Shown: piece after piece, positions 12,401 through 32,419 of the stretch
How the letters are laid out: every line of letters begins with the position of its first letter
How positions within the stretch are numbered: position 1 is the stretch's first letter
Assembly: GCA_002269645.1 (NCBI GenBank)
Contig: NIVC01000069.1
Location: forward strand, 310,001 to 374,000
DNA length: 64,000 nucleotides
Direction: 5' to 3'
DNA from: Macrostomum lignano
Taxonomy: Eukaryota
Notes under the pieces: generated by a model
What the model was told of the DNA's origin: nothing
The model's input: only the letters and a program-made list of their open reading frames with translations
The model's database searches: none
Program-made: the position numbers and the translations under genes

Positions 12401-14419
12401 CGGGATTGTACCGGGCTAGCCTGAGACTGATGGACGAACCCTTGGCTGATACCTATCTCGACATGTCAGCTTGGCGCAAGGGGGTCGCTTTTGTTAACGG
12501 ATTCAATCTGGGCAGATATTGGACCGAGGCGGGGCCGCAAAGGACATTGTACCTGCCCGCACCACTGCTGCGGCGGGGCGATAACGAGGTATATGGGGGG
12601 CTGCTGAGGGACTCGGCTTGTTAGAGTAGACTCTGCGGTAGATAGGGTAGATTGTGTGGATAGGTAGTAGGTAGAAAGTGTAGATTCTGTAGGTAGATAG
12701 GGTAGATTCTAGGTAGAAAGTGTAGATTCTGTAGGTAGAAAGTGTAGATTATTTTGGTAGAAAGTGTAGATTCTGTAGGTAGAAAGTGTAGATTCTGTAG
12801 GTAGATAGGGTAGATTCTGTAGGTAGAAAGTGTAGATTATTTTGGTAGAAAGTGTAGATTCTGTAGGTAGAAAGTGTAGATTCTGTAGGTAGATAGGGTA
12901 GATTCTGTAGGTAGAAAGTGTAGATTCTGTAGGTAGAAAGTGTAGATTCTGTAGGTAGAAAGTGTAGATTCTGTAGGTAGATAGGGTAGATTCTGTAGGT
13001 AGAAAGTGTAGATTATTTTGGTAGAAAGTGTAGATTCTGTAGGTAGAAAGTGTAGATTCTGTAGGTAGATAGGGTAGATTCTGTAGGTAGAAAGTGTAGA
13101 TTATTTTGGTAGAAAGTGTAGATTCTGTAGGTAGATAGGGTAGATTCTGTAGGTAGAAAGTGTAGATTCTGTAGGTAGAAAGTGTAGATTCTGTAGGTAG
13201 AAAGGGTAGATTCTGTATGTAGAAAGTGTAAATTCTGAATGTAGAAAGTGTAGATTCTTTAGGTAGAAAGTGTAAGTAGGCAGAGTAGATTCTGTAGGTA
13301 GAAAGGGTCTATCTACTTCAAGGTGGAGTGTGAATGAGCATACATTCACACTTCAGAATCTGAGAAAGAAAGGTACTATCTACGATTCTGTAGGTAGAAA
13401 GTGTAGATTCTTTAGGTAGAAAGTGTAAGTTCTGTATGTAGAAAGGGTAGATTCTGTAGATATGGTAGATAGTGTGGATTAGGTAGAGTAGATTCTGTGT
13501 TAGATAGGTGAGATTCTGTGCGGTAGGTTAGAGTAGATTCTATGGGGTAGTTGGGTTGATTCTGTTGGCTAGATGGGGTAGATTTTGTAGATATGGTAGA
13601 TTCTGTGCGTAAGATAGAGTAGATGCTGTGGGGTAGATATGGTAGGTTCTGTGCGGTAGGTAGAGTAGCTTCTGTGGGCTAGATAGAGTAGATTCTGTGG
13701 GCTAGATAGAGTAGATTCTGTGGGGTAGATAGGGTAGAGTCTGTGGGGTATATAGAGTAGATTCTGTGAGCTAGATAGGGTAGATTCTGTGTGGTAGATA
13801 GAGTAGAATCTGTGTTGTAGATAGGGTAGATTCTGTGGGGTAGATAGAGTAGATTCTGTGAGCTAGATAGGGTAGATTCTGTGTGGTAGATAGGGTAGAT
13901 TCTGTGTGGTAGGTAGAGTAGCTTCAGGTAGATGAATTCTTTTAGGTAGTTAGTGTAGTTGTAGTGTAGGGTGGATAAGGACGGTTTGGTAGCAATACAT
14001 TGGAGATTTGGATAGGTTAGTAAAAGATCGATAGATCCCCAAGGACCGAGCTGCTGATAAAATGGATGAGCAGTGCAAACTCGCTTTCACTTTGAACATC
14101 TTTAACGTAGGGAATCATATTTTTGAATTTCAAAATTTTGCCTGGGGATTCTGTGCACGCATCACTCTTTGAAGCGTCCCTGTCGCATCAGAATTAGCTT
14201 GCCTCGCGTGTCCGTCTGCTTGACCTTATTTAGCTCAGCCCCATCCTTGCTGCTGGCACCCTGCCGAGGCGGCTGATTGCCTGCACTTGCCAATCATCTT
14301 TTTGTCTGCTGGCCTGCCGGGTGAATTCCAGTTTAGTGGCTGCCTGTCTGCCTGCCTGTCTGCCTGCCTGTCTGCCTGCCTGTCTGCCCGCCTGTCTGCC
14401 TGCCTGTCTGCCCGCCTGT

Positions 14420-14452
<33 letters not shown>

Positions 14453-14552
14453 TGCCCGCCTGTCTGCCTGCCTGTCTGCCCGCCTGTCTGCCTGCCTGTC
14501 TGCCTGCCTGTCTGCCCGCCTGTCTGCCTGCCTGTCTGCCTGCCTGTCTGCC

Positions 14553-14621
<69 letters not shown>

Positions 14622-14763
14622 GACTGTCTGTCACCCCTATTGCTACAGCATCAACGCAGACGCCACCACACGCTCCCCGCCGCAGGTAATCATATTCGAG
14701 TTGATCAGGCCAGGCAGCCACGTCTCATTCATGCGGTCTCCAAAGTTTGTTTACCCAGTCTGA
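3663..14763 (+). CDS. Glycoside hydrolase family 35 beta-galactosidase-like protein (GLB1/GLB1L family) with N-terminal membrane anchor, about 708 aa
   Basis: Exons 3663-3836, 4686-4837, 4925-4993, 5089-5184, 7969-8320, 8834-9227, 9600-9655, 9775-9906, 11965-12588 and 14686-14763. All introns are GT-AG, phases agree, and the total is 2127 nt. Motifs: [123 protein letters not shown]. Confidence 0.93.
5370..7940 (+). repeat. 20-bp C-rich minisatellite CTCTACCTCACCCTACCCCA (pentamer-derived), intronic
   Basis: About 2.6-kb array filling GH35 intron 5185-7968, with CCCTAA-containing variants and longer duplicated blocks. Confidence 0.97.
8350..8800 (+). repeat. 21-bp minisatellite GACCTTGGCAACCGCATTATT, degenerate at the edges, intronic
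   Basis: Tandem units in GH35 intron 8321-8833. Confidence 0.9.
9320..9497 (+). repeat. (CTGT)n microsatellite, intronic
   Basis: Direct inspection. Confidence 0.97.
10015..11900 (+). repeat. CT-rich polypyrimidine minisatellite (about 18-bp CCTCTCTCCCCTCCCTCT), intronic
   Basis: Fills GH35 intron 9907-11964 and is the source of the spurious 589-772 aa Ser/Pro/Leu ORFs. Confidence 0.97.
12625..13930 (+). repeat. 11/22-bp minisatellite TAGATTCTGTAGGTAGAAAGTG, intronic
   Basis: Tandem array in the last GH35 intron, decaying toward its 3' end. Confidence 0.95.
14340..14632 (+). repeat. (CCTG/TCTG)n microsatellite, intronic
   Basis: Direct inspection. It ends about 50 bp before the last GH35 acceptor. 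Confidence 0.95.
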
Positions 14764-15334
14764 CTGCGCCAAGTTAGCCCTACATGAGGCTCATGGCTGA
14801 ATTCTTCAACTCTTCCAGCTCGATGACCAAATTTTATACTAACTCTTGCATTTTTTGTACTTGCTGAAAATTGAAAAAAACTCTTTATTTAATGTTTTTT
14901 GTACAAACATTTGGTTATGTAAGTTTTTTACCTTCCATAGATTAGCAATCCATTTTTCATTACTTTACATATTGATGAATTTTTGCTGACATAGTTCCCT
15001 GGGCTTGTAAAAATAGTTTAGAAAAAATTGGAAGTGCTCATTAATAAAAAACATTTTTCACGCCGAAAATATTGATGCATGCTTATTCTGTACAGTAATA
15101 TCGTTACAGCAACAAGATCTAATTGTAATTTTTCAGTAGCATTCTGGTGGGTGCCGACAACTGGCTTTGAAAATATAAACAATTTGCATTCAGCATGTCG
15201 CCTGTGCAACGCTGTTAAACAAATTTCTAGGGAGGGCATTTCAAGTCAATGTACTTTAAATCATTTTGGCTATAGTGAACTGCGACTTTGATTCTGATTT
15301 TCTGTCTTCTATCTAGACCATTCTGAGACGCTAG

Positions 15335-15985
15335 GTGAGGTGTTTTAAGATACGGGGTGAGTGTTTAAAGACACAGAGTGGGGTGTTTAAAAGATACTGG
15401 GTGGAGTGCTTGAGGATGCAGGGTACATGTAGGTGTTTAAGGATACGGGGTACATGTAGGTGTTTAAGGATACGGGGTACATGTAGGTGTTTAAGGATAC
15501 TGGGTGGGTGTTTAATAAAGATACGGTTTGGGTGTTTAAAGATACGGGGTGGGTGTTTAAAGACACTGAGTGTGGGGTGTTTAAAGATACGGGTGAATGT
15601 TGAATGATGCGGGATGGGTGTTTAAAGATACTGGGTGGGTGTTTAAAGATACAGGGTGGGTGGTTAAAGATACGAGGTGGGTGTTTAAGGATGCATGGTA
15701 GGTGTTTAAAGATACGGGGTGAGTGTTTAAATATACGGGGTGGGTGTTTAAAGCTACGGGGTGGGTGCTTAAAGACACTGGGAGTGGGGTTTTAAAGACA
15801 CTGAGAGTGGGTGTTTAAAGCTACGCGGTGGGTGTTTAAAGATACGGGGTGGGTGTTTAAATATACGGGGTGGGTGTTTAAAGATACTGGGTGGGTGTTG
15901 AAAGCTACGGGTGGGTGTTAAAACATACGGCTTTACGGGGTGGGTGTTTAAACATACCAAGTGTGTTTAACTTGACGCAGGGTGG
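15335..15985 (+). repeat. About 21-bp minisatellite GTTTAAAGATACGGGGTGGGT, intergenic
   Basis: Degenerate tandem units. Confidence 0.9.
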
Positions 15986-16371
15986 GATGTTTAAAGAGAG
16001 GTGGATATATAGACACTGCATGGGCGGGTGTTGAATAATTATTATAGCTCGAAGTAAGTATGATTTCGCATATTTTTTGCTCAAATGCCTTCGAGCGTAA
16101 TTAATTTAACCCGAAGAAGCTGTTGTTTATTTTTATATTTTGAAATGTAACGTGCATCGATAAGTTCAGTTGTTCGTATCATACCGGTATGTGGTACAAG
16201 CTGTGCTTCAAAAAGAATACTAGAAGTTTTAATTTTAAATATTAACCAATGTACTTCCAAATATACTAAATCTCTTAAGGTTTGGATGTTTGCTTGCTTG
16301 TCAATATAATATTGATACTAATATACTTTGAGGTACATTTACAACTCATAGCGTTATAGCCCTTTATCTGC

Positions 16372-18062
16372 TTGGTTGGCGCCCCTGTCTCCTAGTTGGC
16401 GCCCCTGTCTCTCAGTTGGCGCCTCTGTCTCTTGGTGGGCACCCCTGTCTCCTAGTTGGCGCCCCTGTCTCCTAGTTGGCGCCCCTGTCTCCTAGTTGGC
16501 GCCCCTGTCTCTCAGTTGGCGCCCCTGTCTCTTGGTGGGCACCCCTGTCTCCTAGTTGGCGCCCCTGTCTCTCAGTTGGCGCCCCTGTCTCTCAGTTGGC
16601 GCCTCTGTCTCTCAGTTAGCGCCCCTGTCTCTCGGTTGGCACCCCTGTCTCTTGGTCTCTTGGTGGACGCCCCTGTCTCATGGTGGGCGCCCCTGTCTCT
16701 TGGTGGGCGCCCCTGTTTCTTGTTGGACGCCCCTGTCTCTTGTTGGACGCCCTGTCTCTCAGTTGGCGCCTCTGTCTCTCAGTTAGCGCCCCTGTCTCTC
16801 GGTTGGCACCCCTGTCTCTTGGTCTCTTGGTGGACGCCCCTGTCTCATGGTGGGCGCCCCTGTCTCTTGGTGGGCGCCCCTGTCTCTTGTTGGACGCCCC
16901 TGTCTCTTGTTGGACGCCCTGTCTCTCAGTTGGCGCCTCTGTCTCTCAGTTAGCGCCCCTGTCTCTCGGTTGGCACTCCTGTCTCTTGGTCTCTTGGTGG
17001 ACGCCCCTGTCTCTTGGTGGGCGCCCCTGTCTCTTGTTGGACGCCCTGTCTCTTGGTGGACGCCCCTGTCTCTTGGTGGACGCCCCTGTCTCTTGTTGGA
17101 CGCCCCTGTCTCTTTGTGGACGCCCCTGTCTCTTGGTCTCTTGGTGGACGCCCCTGTCTCTTGGTGGGCGCCCCTGTCTCTTGTTGGACGCCCTGTCTCT
17201 TGGAGGACGCCCCTGTCTCTTGGTGGACGCCCCTGTCTCTTGTTGGACGCCCTGTCTCTCAGTTGGCGCCTCTGTCTCTCAGTTAGCGCCCCTGTCTCTC
17301 GGTTGGCACCCCTGTCTCTTGGTCTCTTGGTGGACGCCCCTGTCTCATGGTGGGCGCCCCTGTCTCTTGGTGGGCGCCCCTGTCTCTTGTTGGACGCCCC
17401 TGTCTCTTGTTGGACGCCCTGTCTCTCAGTTGGCGCCTCTGTCTCTCAGTTAGCGCCCCTGTCTCTCGGTTGGCACTCCTGTCTCTTGGTCTCTTGGTGG
17501 ACGCCCCTGTCTCTTGGTGGGCGCCCCTGTCTCTTGTTGGACGCCCTGTCTCTTGGTGGACGCCCCTGTCTCTTGGTGGACGCCCCTGTCTCTTGTTGGA
17601 CGCCCCTGTCTCTTTGTGGACGCCCCTGTCTCTTGGTCTCTTGGTGGACGCCCCTGTCTCTTGGTGGACGCCCCTGTCTCTTGGTGGGCGCCCCTGTCTC
17701 TTGTTGGACGCCCCTGTCTCTTGGTGGGCGCCCCTGTCTCTTGTTGGACGCCCTGTCTCTTGGTGGACGCCCCTGTCTCTTGGTCTCTTGGTGGACGCCC
17801 CTGTCTCTTGGTGGGCGCCCCTGTCTCTTGGTGGGCGCCCCTGTCTCTTGTTGGACGCCCTGTCTCTTGGTGGACGCCCCTGTCTCTTGGTGGACGCCCC
17901 TGTCTCTTGGTCTCTTGGTGGGCGCCCCTGTCTCTTGTTGGACGCCCCTGTCTCTTGGTGGGCGCCCCTGTCTCTTGTTGGACGCCCCTGTCTCTTGGTG
18001 GGCGCCCCTGTCTCTTGTTGGACGCCCCTGTCTCTTGGTGGACGCCCCATACCCCTGTCTCC
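16372..18062 (+). repeat. 19-20-bp minisatellite GCGCCCCTGTCTCTTGGTGG with higher-order structure
   Basis: Tandem array. The diagnostic variant GTCTCATGGTGGGCGCCC recurs near 16675, 16842 and 17342. Confidence 0.95.
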
Positions 18063-18333
18063 TAGGCCTGGGGATGCCAACGCCCAATAGGTGGCAAACG
18101 TTGGGCTCCTGTCATTCATCCAGCTTATCTGCCTCTTTCATTTACATGCGTAGATTCTAGATACGGGGTGAGTTTCAGGGAGTTTCAGGTGTTTCAGGGA
18201 GTTTCAGGTGTGCTTCGTGTTCATGTGCTGATCTACAGGTGTACTTTAGGTAAGGACGCAGAATCAGTTTCAGGTGTTGGCGATTCCTTCCGGCAGATTA
18301 GCTTTAGCTAGGCCCGAAGCATGCAGTGCCTCA

Positions 18334-21300
18334 TCAATCAGCTCCAATTACTTTAATTTCCTCAGACAACCGATCAGGAGTACTCGCGGTCTTTGGGAGC
18401 AGCTCAACCAGCTGGAGCGTCTCCTTCCTGCGGCCCTGCTGCAGAGCCGCCGTCATCTGTCCTCTCATCGTCTGGACTGGTGGGGCGGTTCGCTGCGGCC
18501 CGAGTCTGCCCAGCAGCCTGGCGGCCACGAACTCGGGACCTTGCCTGAACAGAATCCCGCACTGCTTACGCAGCTCGGAGCTAAACATAAACAGGAAACA
18601 AGGATTCAACAGGCTGTCAAAGTAGCCCAACGACAGCGTAATGAACTGGACGATGTGTATCCGCTCGGAGAGTTGGCGGTCTCGTTTCTCCAGCTCAACG
18701 TCGTCCCGCTGGTGCCAGACGTGCAGCCACAGCGTCAAGCTGTTGTACGGGCCCCAACAGATGATGAAGGCTGACAGCATGGCTACGAACAGGCGGGCCG
18801 TCTGCAAACGCCTACCCTGGCGAACTACCTGCGTAGAATTTCCGGCTAAGAATTGCAACGAATTACGCAGTGAGCGAATAGTCAGGGCGCAGAATGTGGC
18901 GATCAGGATCGCTGGCACGACGTACAGGCAGACTAACAGGAACACAGTGAGGCTAACCTTCAGATCCGTGTTAGAGTCTTCGCTGCAAGATCGGATCACA
19001 AATAGGCCCAAAATCTGCGGGGTTGGAGAGTTTTTTATTAGTTTAGAACCGCACTAAGAATGTACATTGGTCATTCCCCGTTCACTCCCGCCTTGACCGA
19101 CCACGATTCTCTCCCCCTCCCGTTGCCTCAAAGAACGTACATTGGTCCCTCCCCGTTCACTCCCGCCTTGACCGCCATTCTCTCTTCTCCCGTTGCCTCA
19201 AATAATGTACATTGGTCATTCCCCGTTCACTCCCGCCTTGACCGATCACGATTCTCTTTCTCCCCCCGTGGCCTCAACGAATGTACAGTGGTCCTTCCCC
19301 ATTCACTCCCGCCTTGACCGTGCTTATCCTTCCCTGCACATTGCCTTATCAAATGTACATTTGTTCTTCCCCTGTTAACTCTTCTCTCCTAGTTTTTTGT
19401 GCTTTTTCACCACGTCAATATATTTCGCTAATTACGAGCATATTCCGCTAAAGATTTGGCATCTAACACTAATTCCACATCTCCAAAGACAAAAACGATT
19501 CATTCAATTCACTTAGCCACTCTCTCTACCGGTAATTGTGTTAAGCTCTTTATAACTTTGTCTGGCTTTTTGGCAAAGAATTTCGACTGCACAAGAAATG
19601 AGGGCATCTTATATACTAACTAAGTACTAAAGCCGTCAAAAGAAAATAGACAAACGGCTAAAACGCCTCGATAATTACTATGCCACATTTACGACATTCA
19701 GCTATTTGGGCAGGGTCAAACTTGTTTAAGTAAAGTACTAATTAAAAATTTGGTCACACACGTGACCGCGAGGCTGCGTCTTCGACTTCGAGGCGGCATA
19801 CAAATCAGATGCTAAAATCGCGCTTTCTTTCGCCTGCTTTTCTTGACGTCTTCAAGTATCAAATTGCTAGCTGCTTCCTTTTGTGTGATAAGAACTGCAA
19901 GAATTTTTTGCGATGCAACGCATTGTGTTAAATATATTTCTGATAAAGATCACTAACTCGATACCCTTTCCTGTGCTTCAATGAGGTGCCATGACAAAAT
20001 GTTTCTCAATGAGCTAGGGTGCTGCTGACCCCCCCCCTCCAAAGGGTTCTCAATGAACTAGGGTGCTGTTGACCCCCCCTCCAAAGGGTCCTCAATGAAC
20101 TAGGGTGCTGCTGACCCCCCTCCAAAGGGTCCTCAATGAGATAGGTGCTGCTGACCCCCCTCCAAAGGGTCCTCAATGAGATAGGTGCTGCTGACCCCCC
20201 TCCAAAGGGTCCTCAATGAACTAGGGTGCTGCTGACCCCCCTCCAAAGGGTCCTCAATGAGATAGGTGCTGCTGACCCCCCTCCAAAGGGTCCTCAATGA
20301 GATAGGTGCTGCTGACCCCCCTCCAAAGGGTCCTCAATGAGCTAGGTGCTGCTGACCCCCATCCAAAGGGTCCTCAATGAACTAGGGTGCTGCTGACCCC
20401 CCTCCAAAGGGTCCTCAATGAGCTAGGTGCTGCTGACCCCCCTCCAAAGGGTCCTCAATGAGCTAGGTGCTGCTGACCCACCCCCCTCCACAGGGTCCTC
20501 AATGAGATAGGTGCCGCTGGCCTTACTAATGGGTTCTCAATGCCCCGGGGTCCTCAATGCATCACAAAGACTCTGCACAACAGAAACAAAGAATCTCAAT
20601 AACTCACCACCTGAGAGGTGTACTTATGCGTGACGATATTGGGCGAGCACACAGCCGCAGACAGCAGCCAGACGCAGGCAATCCAAACAGCTGTCCGTCT
20701 GGCCGTCACCACAGACCTGGCACTGATTGGATGGCAGACTACCATGTACCTGTAAAGAGCCACAGAGGCCTGCGACCAGATGCTGACAGACAGGAGACTG
20801 CCCTGTACGAACGGGACCACTTTGCACAGCATGGACTCCCAGTCCCAGTCATTGACTAGTATCAGCTTGATTGAGTAGGGAGCGCACACGGTCAGGACCA
20901 GGATGTCAGCGATGGCCAGATTAAGCATGAAAGCATTTTTCTTAGTTCTCAAACTGTTTGAGAGGCAGATTGTGCAACAGACCAGCAAGTTAGCCAGGAA
21001 ACCGGCTGCTAGGAGCAGCAAAAATGTGGCGGCAATGACTGCTCCGGGCCGGTTTTGCCAGCTGATAGGCATCAGAGCCTCGAAGGAGTCGAAGCAGTGC
21101 TTAATTAAATCCACAAGGATGCCACCACCGTCGGGTGAGATGCAAGGCCCGACTGGTTCATTCGAGTCATTGCGCTGATCGGCCTTCAGAGCTGTCAATC
21201 TGATGATGATCTCATCCAGGTATTCGGCCTGCGTTATTGACCGCTCTGAATTCGGTTTCAGCACGCGTCTGCTGGTGTTGTGGAACAGTGCCAGCGACCA

Positions 21301-21353
21301 ATGGCAGCAGAACCACTCGGCTGGGTTCCTGGAAGCACCAGACAGAAGGCAGC
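18334..21353 (-). CDS. Rhodopsin-family neuropeptide GPCR (orexin/NPFF/CCK-like peptide receptor group); 5' end unresolved
   Basis: Exons 21353-20608 and 19014-18334, joined in phase 0 (GTGAGT donor, CCCCGCAG acceptor). TM1 GFLANLLV, TM2 MLNLAIADIL, LCKVVPFVQG, TM3 ALYRYMVVCHP, TM4 WLLSAAVCSP, TM5 YVVP, TM6 FIICWGPY, TM7 DSLLNPCFL. A possible further upstream exon lies at 22914-22770. Confidence 0.88.
19059..19365 (+). repeat. About 70-76-bp tandem repeat (4+ copies), intronic
   Basis: AATGTACATTGGTCATTCCCCGTTCACTCCCGCCTTGACC units start near 19059, 19134, 19204 and 19280. Confidence 0.9.
20005..20520 (+). repeat. 39-40-bp minisatellite (GGTGCTGCTGACCCCCCTCCAAAGGGTCCTCAATGAGATA-type), intronic
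   Basis: Tandem copies in GPCR intron 19015-20607. Confidence 0.95.
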
Positions 21354-22170
21354 CTAGTAGAGTGTCAGGATGTCTAGTAGTGTCAGGGTGTCTAGTAGAG
21401 TGTCAGGGTGTCTAGTAGAGTGTCAGGGTGTCTAGTAGAGTGTCAGGGTGTCTAGTAGAGTGTCAGGGTGTCTAGTAGAGTGTCAGGATGTCTAGTAGTG
21501 TCAGGGTGTCTAGTAGAGTGTCAGGGTGTCTAGTAGAGTGTCAGGGTGTCTAGTAGAGTACCTGGATGTATAGTAGAGTGCCAGGGTGTCTAGTAGAGTG
21601 TCAGGGTGTCTAGTAGAGTGTCAGGGTGTCTAGTAGAGTGTCAGGGTGTCTAGTAGAGTGCCAGGGTGTCTAATAGAGTGTCAGGGTGTCTAGTAGAGTG
21701 TCAATGTGTCTAGTAGAGTGTCAGGGTGTCTAGTAGAGTGTCAATGTGTCTAGTAGAGTGTCAGGGTGTCTAGTAGAGTGCCAGGGTGTCTAGTAGAGTG
21801 CCAGGGTGTCTAGTACAGTGTTAGGGTGTCTAGTAGAGTGCCAGGGTGTCTAGTAGAGTGCCAGGATGTCTAGTAGAGTGCCAGGGTGTCTAGTAGAGTG
21901 CCAGGGTGTCTAGTAGAGTGTCAGGGTGTCTAGTAGAGTGTCAGGGTGTCAAAAGTAGACTCCCAGGGTGTCAAAAGTAGACTCCCAGGGTGTCAAAAGT
22001 AGACTACCAGGGTGTCTAGTAGAGTGTCAGGGTGTCAAAAGTAGACTCCCAGGGTGTCAAAAGTAGAGTCCCAGGGTGTCAAAAGTAGACTCCCAGGGTG
22101 TCAAAAGTAGACTCCCAGGGTGTCTAGTAGAGTACCAAGGTGTCTAGTAGAGTCCCTCTAGGGGTCTAGT
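21354..22170 (+). repeat. 20-bp minisatellite GTGTCTAGTAGAGTG(T/C)CAGG, block 1
   Basis: The array begins at the GPCR exon boundary. Confidence 0.95.
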
Positions 22171-22489
22171 AGAGTAGTAGAGGGTGCTGATGAGTGATAA
22201 TCGTTTCAAATTTCTTTCAATGCTAAAAAATCTAAAGCCAGTTAGCACAGGAAAGGTCACGAACTTACAGGCTGTCCAAGAGGCTTGTCGCCATTTTAAA
22301 TATAAGAGATTTCAATTTTTTCCGTTTTCAGTTTCAATATCTTCGTAAATTTCCTTGCCTTAATTGCTCAGCTAAGGGGTGAAATTTAGAGGAGGCTGAG
22401 AGCTCTCTTAATGATGAAGATCAACTGTGATTGGCTGTCGAGATAAGCAGTGAACCAGTAAGCCATTTTGATAGCACGACCCTCATTGG

Positions 22490-22615
22490 CAGTCCTGACA
22501 CTCACTGTGGCAGTCCTGACACTCATTGAAGCAGTCCTGACACTCATTGAAGCAGTCCTGACACTCACTGTGGCAGTCCTGACACTCACTGTGACAGTCC
22601 TGACACTCATTGAAG
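22490..22615 (+). repeat. 21-bp tandem repeat GGCAGTCCTGACACTCACTGT (about 6 copies)
   Basis: Direct inspection. Confidence 0.9.
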
Positions 22616-22931
22616 CGGAGATTAACTTCAATTTTTTAAGTTGGCTAGAAGCGACTCTGTCAGGCAAGAATTAACTCAGCATTCAAAGTTAAAAATGATT
22701 GCGATTTTCCTCAAATGTTCTTTGTGTGACATCGACAGCATTAGGAAAGTCAGGGGCCGCGCTGTACACCCTGTGTAAGCTGTGCATGAGTGCGGGCCTG
22801 CATACAGTATTGGCGCGCTTGTATGTGCTCAGGTGTCAGCGGAATGGGCAGAATGGGCAGAAGGTTGTGCAAAAAGGTCACCGAAATGTTGCGCCAGGGT
22901 GCCCAGAGCCCTTCCTGCGTATATTATATAC

Positions 22932-23845
22932 ATAGAGTGCCCAGGAGTCTAGTAGAGTGCCCAGGTGTCTAGTAGAGTGCCCAGGTGTCTAGTAGAGTGC
23001 CAGGGTGTCTAGTAGTGTCAGGGTGTCTAGTAGAGTGCCAGGGTGTCTAGTAGAGTGCCAGGGTGTCTAGTAGAGTACCTGGATGTATAGTAGAGTGCCA
23101 GGGCGTCTAGTAGTGTCAGGGTGTCTAGTAGAGTGCCAGGGTGTCTAGTAGAGTACCTGGATGTATAGTAGAGTGCCAGGGTGTCTAGTAGTGTCAGGGT
23201 GTCTAGTAGAGTGCCAGGGTGTCTAGTAGAGTACCTGGATGTATAGTAGAGTGCCAGGGTGTCTAGTAGTGTCAGGGTGTCTAGTAGAGTGCCAGGGTGT
23301 CTAGTAGAGTGCCAGGGTGTCTAGTAGAGTACCTGGATGTATAGTAGAGTGCCAGGGTGTCTAGTAGTGTCAGGGTGTCTAGTAGAGTGCCAGGGTGTCT
23401 AGTAGAGTGCCAGGGTGTCTAGTAGAGTGCCAGGGTGTCTAGTAGAGTGCCAGGGTGTCTAGTAGAGTGCCAGGGTGTCTAGTAGAGTGCCCTGGTGTCT
23501 AGTAGAGTGCCAGGGTGTCTAGTAGAGTGCCAGGGTGTCTAGTAGAGTGCCCTGGTGTCTAGTAGAGTGCCAGGGTGTCTAGTAGAGTGCCAGGGTGTCT
23601 AGTAGAGTGCCCTGGTGTCTAGTAGAGTGCTAGGGTGTCTATTAGAGTGCCAGGGTGTCTAGTAGAGTGCCCAGGTGTCTAGTAGAGTGCCAGGGTGTCT
23701 AGTAGAGTGCCAGGGTGTCTAGTAGAGTGCCAGGGTGTCTAGTAGAGTGCCCAGGTGTCTAGTAGAGTGCCAGGGTGTCTAGTAGAGTGCTCAGGTGTCT
23801 AGTAGAGTGCCAGGGTGTCTAGTAGAGTTCCAGGGTGTCTATGTT
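22932..23845 (+). repeat. 20-bp minisatellite GTGTCTAGTAGAGTGCCAGG, block 2
   Basis: Same family as 21354-22170. Confidence 0.95.
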
Positions 23846-24359
23846 GAGTGTGTTAATATGCGTTTGTGATGCATAACGATAAGAATACGTACTATAATAT
23901 ATATACTTATAATTAAGTGATAAAAACTTCTATTGGTATGGAGGCTAGAGTGAATTTTTTATCTTCTTAATAAATCATCCTGCCTTTTACAGGTCATCCA
24001 TCATTAGCATCATTAGGGCACGCAATCACTTTAGCCAAATGCCAAAAAAAATGTTTTAGCCGTCAAAAGTGACAAGATGAAAAGTAGCCAGTTACTGACT
24101 GCGTCTGTCGTTTTGTCGGATGGTTTAAGATTATGAATTTTATATTTCTTAGGCGTGTAAGTTTAATTAGCGCACGAGAGTTCGAGAGAGCAAAGCAGTC
24201 AGTTCAATTTTTAACATAACGAATGAAATTTTACTGTCAATTTTAATTTCAATTGTTAAATAACAAAAAATCTGAATTGTTCTACTTAACAAAGTAGTGC
24301 CTTCAAAGTAAATCGTCACAATATATATATATACACTGCAAATTACGCGTCTGATAGTC

Positions 24360-24845
<486 letters not shown>

Positions 24846-24943
24846 GGTATATTGTGACATAATACTATAAGTAGTTAAGAGTCAATAAACCGAGACTTCT
24901 ACTGTACACCGCAAGCCAAGAGCTCTAAAGCTCCAAGTGCTGC

Positions 24944-32056
<7,113 letters not shown>

Positions 32057-32419
32057 GACAAACTAACTCAGCCCTTGTCTTGCTCTCCTGCGTTCACTCA
32101 TTGAGTTCTGGCGCTAGCAATTGTGTTGCTAGATAGTTTATTTATAATATGATAAGAGAGACACAGAATCGCAGAAAACGAGAAAAAGTAGAGAGAGGCA
32201 GAGACAGACAGAGATAAAGGCTTGCTTGCCAACCTCGTCGCTAAGAGTAACTCATTCATCGGACTTGTCAAGGAATTCGATTGGAAAATTCTGGAGTGGA
32301 AAACTCTTGTAACATAATCACAGCTTTCGGATTGGGCAAACCAGGGGTCGGAAACTGCGGCCCTCAGGTCCTTTGCAACTTCTCAATAGCAATCCGGCCT
32401 GCTCAAGGTTTGTGCCTCT

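Noticed and set aside
22269-22294. ATG GCG ACA... mini-exon with a perfect GTAAGT donor as first coding exon of the GPCR
   Set aside because: It ends in phase 2 whereas the GPCR acceptor at 21353 needs phase 1, and nearby acceptors lead to a stop. It may be a non-coding or alternative first exon.
32342-32365. CAGGGGTCGGAAACTGCGGCCC, resembling a hAT-Charlie left end
   Set aside because: I found no matching right TIR or duplicated 8-mer, so at most it is a solitary remnant.
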